Positions 26,571-40,185 of a DNA stretch of 64,000 bases are shown here, piece by piece; position 1 is the stretch's first letter, and each line of letters opens with the position of its first letter. The translations under genes and the position numbers were made by a program. The DNA comes from Octopus sinensis (lineage: Eukaryota). The stretch lies in contig NW_021834790.1 in assembly GCF_006345805.1 (NCBI RefSeq), forward strand, positions 1-64,000. Direction: 5' to 3'. The notes below the pieces were generated by a model. That model searched no databases. It had not been told where the DNA came from and saw nothing but the letters and a program-made list of their open reading frames with translations.

Positions 26571-26795
26571 AGGTGGTAAAATACTATTACAATATATTTT
26601 ATGTAGAACAAACATTATCGTGTTTAGAATGACAATGTGTTGAGCAGAATAAATAGATCTGTTTGTTATATCAAGCGCTATCTATCCTTATTTTGGCCTC
26701 AAGTTGGTTGTGCACGACAGTAAGGAAATACTGTAGCCTGGGTTCGAAACATTGAGCAGACTGCATGCATACACGAGTTCATATGTATGTTTACA

Positions 26796-26796
<1 letters not shown>

Positions 26797-26883
<87 letters not shown>

Positions 26884-26963
26884 CTATCTATCATCCATCT
26901 ATCTATCTTCTATCTTCTATCTATCTATCTATCTACTATCTATCTATCTTATCTATCTGTCTG

Positions 26964-26999
<36 letters not shown>

Positions 27000-27052
27000 C
27001 CTATCTATCTATTTATCTGTCTATCTATCTATCTATCCATCCATCTATATAG

Positions 27053-27100
<48 letters not shown>
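26797..27100. repeat. (TCTA)n-(TAGA)n-(GA)n compound microsatellite
   Basis: Seen directly. Confidence 0.95.
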
Positions 27101-27105
<5 letters not shown>

Positions 27106-27350
27106 TCACTGAAGCAGGTATTTCTGTTGTTTTTCTGTTGTTTCTGTTGTATTTCTTCACTTCTGTCTCAATTTATCATTTATTTATAATTATCTAAAAT
27201 TCATATTTCTTAATAATTATTTAGACTCATTAGTTGAACACTCTCAGTAACTTGTACTTCGTTCAAACAAATTTAGATGCAATCTTTGTAGTTCTTGCCA
27301 AAAACACTCGCGTACGAGCTCGCACGCACACACACTCACACTCACACACT

Positions 27351-27400
<50 letters not shown>

Positions 27401-27402
27401 CG

Positions 27403-27440
<38 letters not shown>

Positions 27441-27459
27441 CAATATGTATAATAAGCTA

Positions 27460-27840
27460 AGGCAACGAGCTGGACGGATCGTTAGCGCACCGGGCAAATT
27501 ACTTTGCCTTTCATCCTTTCGGGGTGGATAGAATAAGTTTCGGGGTGGATAGAATAAGACCCCAGTTCAGCACTGGAGTCAATTTAGTCAACTTGCTTCC
27601 TCCCCACAAACTTGTAGCAAAATTTCAAACCAAAAGCAGGAGCAAATAGAATCGTTAGCACGCAGGGAAAAATGCTTAGCGGCATTTCGCCCGTCTTTAC
27701 GTTCTGAGTTCAAATTCCGCCGAGGTCGACTTTGCCTTTCATCCTTTCGGGGTCCATAAAATAAGTACTAGTTGAATACTGAGGTCGATGTAATCCACTT
27801 ACACTCCCACCAAAATTTCTGACATCCTAAAATTTCAAAC
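27460..27840 (+). mobile_element. Two adjacent degenerate SINE family B copies
   Basis: B heads near 27460 and 27645. The first has an internal deletion and a 20-bp duplication (TTCGGGGTGGATAGAATAAG x2). Confidence 0.7.
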
Positions 27841-27845
27841 CTACA

Positions 27846-27981
27846 CAGGGTGGTCCAAATTTAGGATTTGAAACATTTTATAATGGTTTCATATTTTTTT
27901 TATAATTAAGCTCTAAACTGTTAATATATGAATGTGAAAGAGATAGTTGAGTAACTGTAAACGTACTTTTGGTCCACCCTG
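27846..27981. mobile_element. Tc1/mariner-type MITE
   Basis: TIRs CAGGGTGGTCCAAA / TTTGGTCCACCCTG followed by TA. Same TIR family as 37702-38347 and 47448-47681. Confidence 0.75.
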
Positions 27982-28015
27982 TATCCTTCATTGGAATTTC
28001 AGCATCAACAACAGG

Positions 28016-28046
<31 letters not shown>

Positions 28047-28445
28047 TGTATGTATGTATGTACGTATGTATGTATGTATCTTTGTATGTATGTATGTATG
28101 TATGTATGTATGTATGTATGTACGTATGTATGTATGTATGTATGTATGCATGCATGCATGCATGTATGTATGTATGTATGTATTTATGTATGTATGCATG
28201 CATGATTGTATGTATGTATGTATGTATGTATGTATGTATGTATACATGCATGTATGTATGTATGTATATGTGCAGATTTGTATGTTTTGTTTTATGTATA
28301 TATTCTCATGCGTATAGTTGCATATCTAGACATGCTCATATATATTCAAATGATAAACTTCTGGAAAGTTTTACAGATTTGTATAGTTCCAGTGATGGAT
28401 TGGATCTGTAGTATTCCTATTGGCTTTCTCCCTCCTGGTTTTGAG
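27982..28445 (-). mobile_element. RLE LINE 3' end, short copy, with (TACA)n inside the 3' UTR
   Basis: GFSKPGGRKPIGILQIQSITGTIQICKTFQKFII* followed by a 3' UTR matching 29190-29421. Confidence 0.75.
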
Positions 28446-28489
28446 AAGCCCAATTGGTATTCTAAAAAAGATTGGTATTCTAAAGATTG

Positions 28490-28915
28490 GCAAGATAGCA
28501 GAAGCGTTAACGCACCGGATAAAATGTTTAACGGCATTTCTACCGGTTGTTAACGTTCCGAGTTAAAATTCCGCGGAGCTTGATTTTGTCTTTCGTTCTT
28601 ACAGAGGAGATAAAATAAGGACCAACCGAGCACTGGAGTTGATGAAATCGACTTCTTTCCCCACCCCACACGTAAATTCTGACTCTTCCCAAAATTTAGA
28701 ATAATATTGGTTTCAAATTTTGGCGCAGGGCCAGCAAACGCAATGGAAGGTTGATAAGACGATTACATCGACCCAAGTGTCCAACTGGTACTTACTTTAT
28801 CGACCCCGAAAGGATGAAAGGCAAAGTCAAGGTCAAGGTCCGCCGAATTTGAACTCAGAACGTGAAGTCGGACGAAGGCATTCGGCCCGCCGTGCTAACG
28901 ATGATGCTAGTTTGC
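28490..28915. mobile_element. Two degenerate SINE family B copies, tail-to-tail (+ then -)
   Basis: Plus copy at ~28490-28705 and minus copy at ~28712-28915, both with the tail type 2 end. Confidence 0.65.
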
Positions 28916-28934
28916 AGCCCTAAAAAGATTTTGA

Positions 28935-29001
<67 letters not shown>

Positions 29002-29189
29002 TAATATCTGAAATTCTTACTGTTTTGTGTGAATCTCATCTTATGGGGTTTGAATATATTATCGTTATTTTTGGTTTACTTTTAAAGTATTTCTACCCAG
29101 TATCGAACACACATAAAGCTATATCAAAACAAATGTGTGTGTGTGTGTGTGTGTATTTGCATATATATTGATATGTATGTCAGTGTTCA

Positions 29190-29860
29190 GTTTTTTTTTC
29201 AAGATTTCTTGTCAATAGAGAAGGAACCGGTTTCTAACCTAGATACAAGGATCCTTCATTGGAATTTCAACATCAACAACAGTGTATGTATGTATGTATG
29301 TATGTATGTATGTATGTATGTATGTATGTATGTCTATATGTATATGTGCAGATTTGTATGTTTTGTTTTATGTATATATCCTCATGCATATAGTTACATA
29401 TCTAGACATGCTCGTATATATTTAAATGATAAACTTCTGGAAAGTTGTACAGATTTGTATAGTTCCAGTGATAGATTGGATCCGTAGTCTTTCTATTGGC
29501 TTTCTCCTTTCTGGCTTTGGGAAACCTAATTTCTCAAGATTAGTATTCAGGCAGTGTGTTACATATCCCAGGGCCCCAATAATTACAGATATAAACCTGA
29601 ACTTGTAATCTGGATAGAGTAACTGCAGATTTCTCGATAGTTCAGCATAGGTGTTCTCTTTTTCACTGATCTTCAGCTTTATGTTAACATCCGCTGGGCA
29701 GCAAATTTCCACAACTGTGCAGAGTTTCTCTTCTCTATCCCAAATCATTATATCAGGTCTGTTGTGCTTACATTTTATTGAGGTCTTCACTGGGGCATTC
29801 CGCCAGTAATCCTTTTTATTATGAGTGGCTATGACTTCTACCATACTGTGGGTTCTTACT
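29190..29860 (-). mobile_element. RLE LINE (R4/NeSL/CRE-like) 3' end with endonuclease domain
   Basis: EVIATHNKKDYWRNAPVKTSIKCKHNRPDIMIWDREEKLCTVVEICCPADVNIKLKISEKENTYAEL..LYPDYKFRFISVIIGALG, a PD-(D/E)xK-type motif. The 3' UTR contains (TACA)n plus ~90 nt of further sequence. Confidence 0.85.
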
Positions 29861-30614
29861 CTTTTGTCCTCGGGGTTATGTGTGTGTGTGTGTGTGTGTT
29901 CGTGCGGGCGGGCGTGTGTGTGTGTTTTTGTGTGTGTGTGTGTGTTTGTGTGTGTGCGTGTGTGTGTGTATGTGTGTGTGTGAGTCTGTGTATGTACATG
30001 AAAGAAGAAATACTCCGTAGATGGAAACAAACAGTAGCTCAGTTCTGGATGAAAGCACTAAAAAGAACTGAAACCTGTTGGGCCGATGTTTCCTTTTCTC
30101 TCAACGTAGATATTCTATAGGTATTTATTCCCCGTTGCTGGATGTGTCTAATTACACATGTTGTGTTGGGTAAGCCTTGTACAAATACAATACATATAAT
30201 CTATTAACAATTAGTTTACGAATCACGCTGAGCTCGTTCAATATAATAAGGTGGTTTCACTAACTGCCACTAATACGCTATTTATGCAAATCAGGTCGTT
30301 TCGGCTTCATGAAGCCCCAAATTATAGTCTTTACATAAACAATTTTCCCATACACAGATGTTTGGCGGGTAATCTGTTCTTGATGAGAGGCCGAAATAGA
30401 TCCGAAGTCTGATCGCAAGAAGATTGTAAAGACATTTCCTCACATTTGCCATAAATATCCATTTATCCACATTGTCGGTTGAAGTTTTGTATTTCTGGAG
30501 TAAATTTACTTCCTGTTGCCCCTTATGTATGTGTGTATGTGTGTGTACTCAATTCTATATGTAGCGTGAAATTTTTTCAATAAATGAAGAATGTAATAAA
30601 TTCCACAGATTGCC

Positions 30615-30832
30615 AGTTTTAACTCTGGATTCTTCAAATTGAGGAAAGGAGAATTGAGTGTGCCTGATACTAGAATATACTGAAATTTTCAAATTCTCCT
30701 TATGCAAACGTATGCAAAATTCTCCTTATGCAAAAGTTTTAACTCTGGATTCTTCAAATTGAGGAAAGGAGAATTGAGTGTGCCTGATACTAGAATATAC
30801 TGAAATTTTCAAATTCTCCTTATGCAAACGTA
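30615..30832. repeat. Tandem duplication, 120-bp period
   Basis: A 98-bp block AGTTTTAACTCTGG...TGCAAACGTA at 30615-30712 and 30735-30832, identical. Confidence 0.9.
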
Positions 30833-30957
30833 CTTACATACACACGCACACACACACGCGCGCAAAATCTCATATAAATATATTTATATAATTTATTATA
30901 TATATATATACACACACATATGTGTGTGTGAGTGTGTGTGCATATATAATACATATA

Positions 30958-31049
<92 letters not shown>

Positions 31050-31608
31050 ATATTTTATTTATTATATATATTTATAATATATATACATATATACATACAT
31101 ATATACATATATATATTAGGTATATATATATAATATACATATATATTCTATATACATATATATACACACATATATATAATTATATATATATACATTTATA
31201 TATATTTAAAACATTGGCACAACGAAGGTGTAGACCCCAGTTCAAAATCATATATAAGTGCGTGTGCGTGTATATCTGTGTATGTTTGTGTGTGTCTGTG
31301 AGTGTGTCTGTGTTTGTATCTACTCGGGAAATATCTACATGTGTATGTGTGTGTGTAATGAGCAAATGTGTATGTATGCGTATGTATGCCTCTGAGGAGA
31401 GCGTGCGTTGATGTACTCCAGTAGGTGTGTGTGTGTGTGTAGGCGTTGTTGTGTATATGGATAAGGGAAGAGTTTGGAGATGTTTTGTGTGCGTGGATGA
31501 CTGTTGCTATTATTAGGAAAAAGTTCCGCTAGCATGTGTGGGTGGAACAAGTCTGTACGTACAGTAAGTAGAGGGGAAGGTGAGTGCCTGTGTGTATGTG
31601 TGTGTGTC

Positions 31609-31645
<37 letters not shown>

Positions 31646-31757
31646 ACACATTTATATACATCCATTCATATATATGCATTATCTATGTATGTATATTCAC
31701 ACATACATACATACATAGACATACATATATATATATATATATTATATATATAATATA

Positions 31758-31824
<67 letters not shown>

Positions 31825-32065
31825 ATGTATATATATGTATATATATATATATATATAGACACACACTTACATACACATACATACACACACCGTGGTGAAG
31901 AGAAGGGAGACTAAAGGAATGACATACTGTGTAGAGCAAGTAGGAAAATGAAGAAAAAGAAATGTGAACATATATATGTGTGTGCGTTATGAGATAGACA
32001 CAGACACAAACATATATCAATATATATAAAGCTGATGTATTATATATATATATATATATATATAA

Positions 32066-32098
<33 letters not shown>

Positions 32099-32161
32099 AA
32101 GAGGGAGGGAGAGATACATAGCTAGACAGACAAATGGATGGATGGATGGATGGATAGGTGA

Positions 32162-32248
<87 letters not shown>

Positions 32249-32287
32249 GGGAGAGAGAGAAATAGATAAATAGATAGATGGATAGAT

Positions 32288-32324
<37 letters not shown>

Positions 32325-32469
32325 CAGACAGGGCGAGAGAGAGAGAGGCAGAAAGACAGACAGACAAATGGATGGAGGTGATGGATGGGTGATATATATA
32401 TATACATATATATATATATATCTATATTATATATATATAGAGAGGAGAGAGAGAGAGAGAGAGGGAGAG

Positions 32470-32500
<31 letters not shown>

Positions 32501-32613
32501 CGTAGTGACACATCTCTTTCTCCTATCATTTTTTGTTGTTGTGCTTCTCTGTTACCTTTTTGTTTCAAAAGTTTTTCTCCTCATCCTCTCCTTACTCTCA
32601 TTTTATCTGTCCG

Positions 32614-32653
<40 letters not shown>

Positions 32654-33204
32654 CTACCCCCTTTCTTTCTCTCTCTCCCTCTCTCTTTGCCTGACTATCT
32701 CCAAGTCTGCCTGCTGTGTTACGATAGTTTTGTTGTTTCTCACCCTCTTCATATGTGTATGTGTGTGCGTGTATGTGTATGTGCGCGCGCGTAGATGCGA
32801 GTGTGTGGATGTGTGTGGATGCGAGTGCATGTATATGTACATATATATTTCTAAGTGTGTATATGTGTGTGTCTGTGTGTGTCCCTATACCAATCTCGTT
32901 TAGCTATTTTATCATTGTTGCTCTCACCTCTCCTTCTCTTCTTTCTCTCCCACACTCTGTACTTACTCGCATTATGTATATAATTTCTTTCTTTCTCTCT
33001 TTCTTTTTATTCCCTCTTTCCCAGTTCTTCTCTCTCTTTCTTTCTCTCTCTCTCTCTCTCTCTCTCTTCCTCTGTTGTACTCGCTCTTTTTCTCTTCTTT
33101 TTCATCTATCCTACGTTATTTTTTTTTCATGCTCTCCACCCCACTTTCTCCCTTTCTCCTTTTCCCTTCTTTCTCTCTATTTTCCTTCACATGCCCGCTC
33201 TCCA

Positions 33205-33215
33205 TCACCACCACC

Positions 33216-33283
<68 letters not shown>

Positions 33284-33315
33284 ATACAGCAATAACACTT
33301 CCACCACCACTACCA
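33205..33315. repeat. (CAC)n-(CAA)n compound tract
   Basis: Seen directly. Confidence 0.9.
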
Positions 33316-33369
33316 CCGCCAGGATCTCCTTCACTGCCACCACCACTATCATTGCAGTGACTTGCAGCA

Positions 33370-33402
33370 TCACGTGACGGACAGAGACTTAGTGATTGGC
33401 GG
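33370..33402. promoter_or_regulatory. Candidate cis-regulatory cluster (TCACGTGAC E-box, inverted CCAAT, GGCGG)
   Basis: Motifs seen at 33370-33378 and 33394-33402 in non-repetitive sequence; no transcript evidence. Confidence 0.2.
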
Positions 33403-33506
33403 ACAGCAAACTACTCTACTTCCCACGTTTATCGCATCTGCTAAATCAACGCCTATATATTGATTGCCGCCTTTATACTCAAACATATATATACATATAT
33501 ACATAC

Positions 33507-33538
<32 letters not shown>

Positions 33539-34401
33539 GTATCTATCTATCTATATATGTCATACATATATATATGCGTGTGTTGGTTTATATATGTATG
33601 TCTGTGCATGGGCATACATATAAAGGGGGTGTTGAGAATATATAAGACCTACACAGAAAGTATATACGCGTGAATATATAGACATATAGTTGTAACGACA
33701 GTCATAGATGTACTTATATATATATATACAAAATATACATACACATTAAGATATAAATAAAGCTATATACGAGTGTGTATATGCGTATATATGTATATAT
33801 ACATGCATATTTGCAATGCAGGACCAGATCTGATCATTTGGACAGTAAGCAGACAACCTCTACAACTCTAATTTCTGCAGACGATCTTTTTTTCCGAACA
33901 TACAAGCAGTTACATTTATTGAAAAAAAAAAGATATATATATATAGAGAGAGAACAAAGAAAAACTTAAACACTTTTTTAAAGAACTGCATATTTTCATA
34001 TTTATTTAATAACTTTCTTCACTTTCATCCCTGTCTCCACTTAGCTCTGCTTTTCCTTTGTTTTATTCTACATCATCTACCTATCTAGCTATCTCTCTAC
34101 CTACTCAATGTATCTTTCTGTTTATCTGTCTGTCTGTCTGTCTATTTAATCAACACACACATATATTTACGCGCACACACACCCCAGTTTTCTTTCTTTC
34201 TAGCATTCCTTCTTTCTTTCTTTTCGTCTTTCTTCTTCTTCCCTCATGTATGCAATTAGAGTATCAAGCTCAAGGCGAATAAGCTGTTTTTTACAAGTAT
34301 CCTTGCTATTTTCCGGACTTTTGAACACTTTGCAATGGGGTGCGTTTGCCAGTTATCTACCCAAGCAATTGGAACCACAGCAGAAGAACTATGAGGTACT
34401 T

Positions 34402-34432
<31 letters not shown>

Positions 34433-35404
34433 CTCTACCCCACCTATCTGAATATGTTTTGATATATTTTTCACTTGCTTCTTCACTTGTTTGTTTTATT
34501 TATTTTTACAAGTTTATCTTTCACACAAGTTTGAATGATTTCTTTCAAAGTTGTTTTTGCAAGTTACAAAGGTTTTTATAAATACGTATATTATATAAGA
34601 AATTGATTATACGGTCTTTTGTTTAAATTGTACACGAAAACTTAATGACATGACAGATAAAAGAATGGAAGGAAAACAGGGGGGAAGTTGGAAATTTCGT
34701 GCCGCTCTTGTATTTCAATATTTCAATATATGACGTTCAGTATCTAAGGAATCTTACTCTCGACCTGGCACTATGCTGTCTTTAACAACATCTATTCTGT
34801 TTGTAAACACTGCAGCCAGGATCCCGTTCTTTGTCAAGTTTTACCCAGCCATTCGCAAGTGCTCTGAAAAGCTTTATGGATTCTAACCCACCCCCAGTAA
34901 TTAAACTATTTAAACTACTAAAATTGAAACAGGAGCCACAGATTGTATATCATTGCTGATATACTCTGTCGATTCACGCATGCGCTCTTAGTTATATATA
35001 TATAAATATATATCAGAAAGTTATGATGTTCATGACTTTCAGAAGAACAATAGTTTATCAGGGAAGTCATACAGAAATCGTAATGTTTTCTTTTAAACGT
35101 GCCTGACGTGTCAAAGTTATGTCCGTGAAAGAGGTGGAGGGGGAGGGGCAAAATAGGACGTGGTGGTATGCATTCCTTTCTTTTCCAATCCCCGAGTTGC
35201 TAGTATTGGGAACTATTACAAAATACAAGTTTGAACTGAATTAACAGATCGCTTGTTTCATCTGCAATGTTGTGGCATTCATGATTTTTCAAATCAGTTG
35301 TTGTATTATACTATATTAGATAGATTACATCAACAACAATATGCTTCTTTTTCAGTTACCTTTAGCGAATGGAGCAGTTATTCAGGGGAAATATGGAAGT
35401 TTGT

Positions 35405-35489
<85 letters not shown>

Positions 35490-35985
35490 GCGTGTATATA
35501 CACATATGTGTATGTATATATACATATATATATATAGCTATATAATCGGTTTAAGTAATTGAGATTCAAGTGAATTCTAATGAATTCACATGAATATGGT
35601 CCTTAACTAGGATGCACCGGAAATCTATATGGTGTTAACCATACGACAAGTTGGGTGATTACAAATAGGAAAAAAGCAACAAGAATGGATTAAATCCATT
35701 CTTGTTGTTTTTTTCCTATATATATCTATATCTATATATGTATTATATATACAAACGTACACACACACACACATAAATATATAGTTATACATACATGTGT
35801 ACATATGCACGTACATGTGTGTTGCCTGTGGTTTATATATATATAATATATGTGTGTGTTGTGTGTGCGCGTGTATGTCTGTCCGTTTGTTCATGTTTAC
35901 TTAAAGTCCTGTAAAATAGATAGATAGATGGATATATATTATATATATATATATAATATATATAATATATATATATATATATAGA

Positions 35986-36030
<45 letters not shown>

Positions 36031-36164
36031 GAGATAAACAACAACGATGAAATATGTATTTGAAACAAATTCAGGGATCGATAGGTCTGAAAGTAGTAAA
36101 CGGATTAAAGATTAAAATGGTATATCCAATCATTAGTCAAAATAATATTCTGAAGACCTTTCGT

Positions 36165-37000
36165 TAGTCTTTACTTTCTGAGTTCAAATTCCGCTGAGGT
36201 CGACTTTGCCTTTCATCCTTTAGCGGTCGAGAAATTAAGTACCAGTTGCGTACCGGGTCGATCTAATCGACTAGCCCCCTCACCCAAAATTTCGGGTCTT
36301 TGCCTAGAATAGAAACGAATATTCTCAAGATCACCAGTAACGCCATCACACGTCAACTACGAATATCTAAGATACTAAATTTTCTACCACCAGCACAGAC
36401 GATATTGTTGTGGTTGTTGTTGTTTTGGCCCCGGGCCATCCCTAATCAAACAGGGCAGATCTTTAGGTCAATGATATACATGTTGTAACTGTCCTCTCAT
36501 TTAAGGGTAATCTAGAACTTCATTAACATGTATGTCCTTTCGTTATTTATGATGGGGAAGACGGCGAGCTGGAAGAATCGTTACCGCGCCCTGACAATAT
36601 GCTAAGCAGCATTTTTTCCCCTTTTCACGTTCTAAGTTCAAATTCCGTCGAGGCCAACTTTGCTTTTCAATCTTTCGGTGACGATTAAATAAGTATCAGT
36701 CAATCATTGGAAGTTAATATAATCGATTAGCCTCCCCCCTCCAAATTTTTAGGCTCTCTGCCTATAGTAGAAAGGACCATTTATGATGGACGAGTGCAGT
36801 TGAGTGGCCGAATCGTTAGAGTATCGGACAAAATGATTTGTGATATTTCTCCCTACCTTTTATGTTCTGAGTTCAAACCCCACTGAGGTCAACTTTGCCT
36901 TTCATCTTCCCAAAATCGATAAAATATTGTACCAGGCAAGTAACAGAGTCGATGTAATCGGGTAATTTCTTTCCCCAGCAATTGCTGACATTGGGCCTAA
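36165..37000 (+). mobile_element. Cluster of three degenerate SINE family B copies
   Basis: B cores at ~36165-36310, 36560-36770 and 36800-37000. Confidence 0.7.
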
Positions 37001-37076
37001 AGAGAAACGACAACACGGCAGGGTACGATTTGAGGTAGATTTCGTTGTTATTTCTGGCAGACTGAACAGTTAAAAA

Positions 37077-37301
37077 CAGTCGTTCTCAACCGGGATCCAC
37101 ATCACCCTTAGGGGTCCATATAAGATTTCGTTGTTAAAATTTGTGCAATAAATTGATTATACGTCTACAGTACACAAAATCCTAATAAGATTTAATTATA
37201 AAAATAAAATAGGAATTTTGAAAACATCAAATATGATTAAGTAGGGATCACCAGAATAAAATAAAAATAAAACAAAGAGAACAAAGTGTACGCACGCCGC
37301 A

Positions 37302-37371
<70 letters not shown>

Positions 37372-37676
37372 TAGGGAGTTATATGTTTTATAAAAATATA
37401 TATTATTGTTATTTATGTATTGGTTTATGTCTGTAACTGTTTGAGTTGCATAATAGTGGTTTTATCTCTAATTTATATTTTATATATATATATATGCATA
37501 TATATATATATAATACAAAATGGGGCAAGAACACAAAACATCCGGACAGCTAGGTGATACAAAAAGGGACAACAAAACATCCAGATAGACGATACAAAGA
37601 AAACAAGGACGGGTCATTCGAAGTTTTCTTTCTTAAACAAAGAGATCTATTGCCAAAAAATGGTTACGAAACACTG
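37077..37676. mobile_element. hAT/Charlie-like MITE, degenerate and interrupted
   Basis: Ends CAGTCGTTCTCAACC / GGTTACGAAACACTG are imperfect inverted repeats. The internal GGTCCAT.TAAGATTT.GTTGTTAAAAT block recurs at 62830-62930. No clear TSD. Confidence 0.4.
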
Positions 37677-37701
37677 ATTTGGAAGTTGCTGCTTGTTTAT
37701 A

Positions 37702-38347
37702 CAGGGCAGCGCAAAATATAGGAAGACAATAAGTACCGCATCAATGTTATGATACTTAATTCATTAAAATTATTTGCACATTTGTAGCTTGCTTACCAGC
37801 CACATGGTTCCGGGTTCAGTCCCACCGCGTGGCATCTTGGGCAAGTGTCTTCTGCTATAGCCCCGGGCCGACCAATGCCTTGTGAGTGGATTTGGTAGAC
37901 AGAAACTGAAAGAAGCCTGTCGTATATATGTATATATATATATATGTATGTGTGTGTATATGTTTGTGTGTCTGTGTTTGTCCTCCTAGCATTGCTTGAC
38001 AACCGATGCTGGCGTGTTTACGCCCCCGTCACTTAGCGGTTCGGCAAAAGAGACCGATAGAATAAGTACTGGGCTTACAAAGAATAAGTCCCGGGGTCGA
38101 TTTGCTCGACTAAAGGCGGTGCTCCAGCATGGCTGCAGTCAAATGACTGAAACAAGTAAAAGAGAGTAAAAGAGAGTATTAGATTAGTTAGCCTCATTTT
38201 TTATATTTTCACTGTCATTAATCATAATAATGCATTTATCATAACTATACTAATACTTTTGTCGTAACTTTTTTTGATAAAAATAAATGAATATTGTACG
38301 TGTTTTATTTTTTTTCATCAGTGTATACCTACTTTTGCACTACCCTG
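37702..38347. mobile_element. Tc1-type MITE interrupted by a family A SINE
   Basis: TA-CAGGGCAGCGCAAAA.TAGG on the left and CCTACTTTTGCACTACCCTG-TA on the right. Confidence 0.65.
37785..38176 (+). mobile_element. SINE family A, 5'-truncated
   Basis: Matches the consensus from TAGCTTGCTTACC to the AAAAGAGAGT tail. Confidence 0.9.
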
Positions 38348-38726
38348 TAGGTATCTGTGTTAAAGTTTAATACCAAATAGGTTTACAATGGCCACTACTA
38401 AGCTTCTGGGGAAGATACGAACTCAGAATCTATCGAAGAGAAACTAAGTGCTACAGAAAAGGCCAATTAGTCTGGTTTTAGCTATTCGAAGAAAATTGAC
38501 GGAAAGTTATGTTCTGAACTACCCGTGTTGTTCTAGTCCTAACTATACACATGCGGGGGTGCACGCGTGCACACACACGCACATACACACACACACGCGC
38601 ATGTATATACACACATTTTATATGTGCATACAAATGAAAAAAACATGCATGCATACACACATACTCACACCCACACTAGGAGTAAAATATTTATTCATGA
38701 ACTTGGTAGAAGGTTCTCTAACTTAA

Positions 38727-38955
38727 AGGCGAGCTGGCAGAAACGTTATCACGCCGGACGAAATGCTTAACGGTTTATCGTCTGCCGTTATGTTCTGAGT
38801 TCAAATTCCGCCGAGGTCGACTTTGCCTTTCATCCTCTCGGGGTCGATAAATTAAGTACCAGTTACGCACTGGGGTCGATGTAATCGACTTAATCCCTTC
38901 GTCTGTCCTTGTTTGTCCCCTCTATTTTTGGCCCCTTGTGGACAATAAAGAAATA
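38727..38955 (+). mobile_element. SINE family B, full length with 17-bp TSD
   Basis: TSD AGAAGGTTCTCTAACTT at 38708-38724 and 38956-38972. Confidence 0.92.
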
Positions 38956-39065
38956 AGAAGGTTCTCTAACTTCATGGCGACCAACAGTTTCCTAAGTAGT
39001 TACGTCACGCGGTGTAGGGACCTTTAGATCAATCTGGAGACCCCCGTATCATTGATATCTACACT

Positions 39066-39128
<63 letters not shown>

Positions 39129-39198
39129 TCTATCTATCTACCTATCTACCTATCTATCTATATGTCTGTCTGTCTATCTACCTGTCTGTCTGTCTGTC

Positions 39199-39250
<52 letters not shown>

Positions 39251-39867
39251 ATATATACAGAGAGACAGACAGACAGAATCAATCAGAGAGATATAAGGAG
39301 TCACAGAGGCAGAAGAGAGAGAGAAAGAGAGGTAGATAAATAGATAGATACACATAAATATATATATATACACACATATCTATAAGCATGCATATCTATA
39401 CATGCACAGTAAAATGATAACTTCATTTGTTGTTCCTCTTTAGCCCCAACATCAAAGACATTTCCTTCAATCTTTTAACAGTGATCATTAAACTATCTTA
39501 TACATGGTTTTCCTTATATTAATAACAGTGTCATTTGAGTGAGATTTGGCTACTGTTCAACTAGATCTATCAGATAAACCTTCCTAAAATGACACCTCTC
39601 TATATCAAAAAACTAAACCACTGTATTGGAAAATATGGTCTTAGATATACTGCTTAAATAGAAGAAAAGACAGGATGGTCTCAGCTGGAACGCTTAGATC
39701 ATAAGTTCGATATGACACCCGTAGTCGATATTTCAAACAGCAGTTTTGCTGTCACACTGTAGATTATATCTAAAAATGCAGACTTGTTAATCTGTGTTAC
39801 ATTGGGAAACAGACTTCACCAGAGATACGAGCAAAAGTGACAATATATGTATGTTTGTATGTAAACG

Positions 39868-39905
<38 letters not shown>

Positions 39906-39914
39906 ATATTATAT

Positions 39915-40115
39915 TACTCTTTACTTGTTTCAGTCATTTGACTGCGACCATGCTGGAGCACCGCCTTTAGTTGAGCAAATCGACCCCAGGACTTATTCTT
40001 TGTAAGCCTAGTACTTATTCTATCGGCCTATTTGCCGAACCGCTAAGTAACGAGGACGTAAACACACCAGCATCGGTGATCAAGCGATGTTGTGAGGACA
40101 AACAGAGACACACAA

Positions 40116-40185
<70 letters not shown>

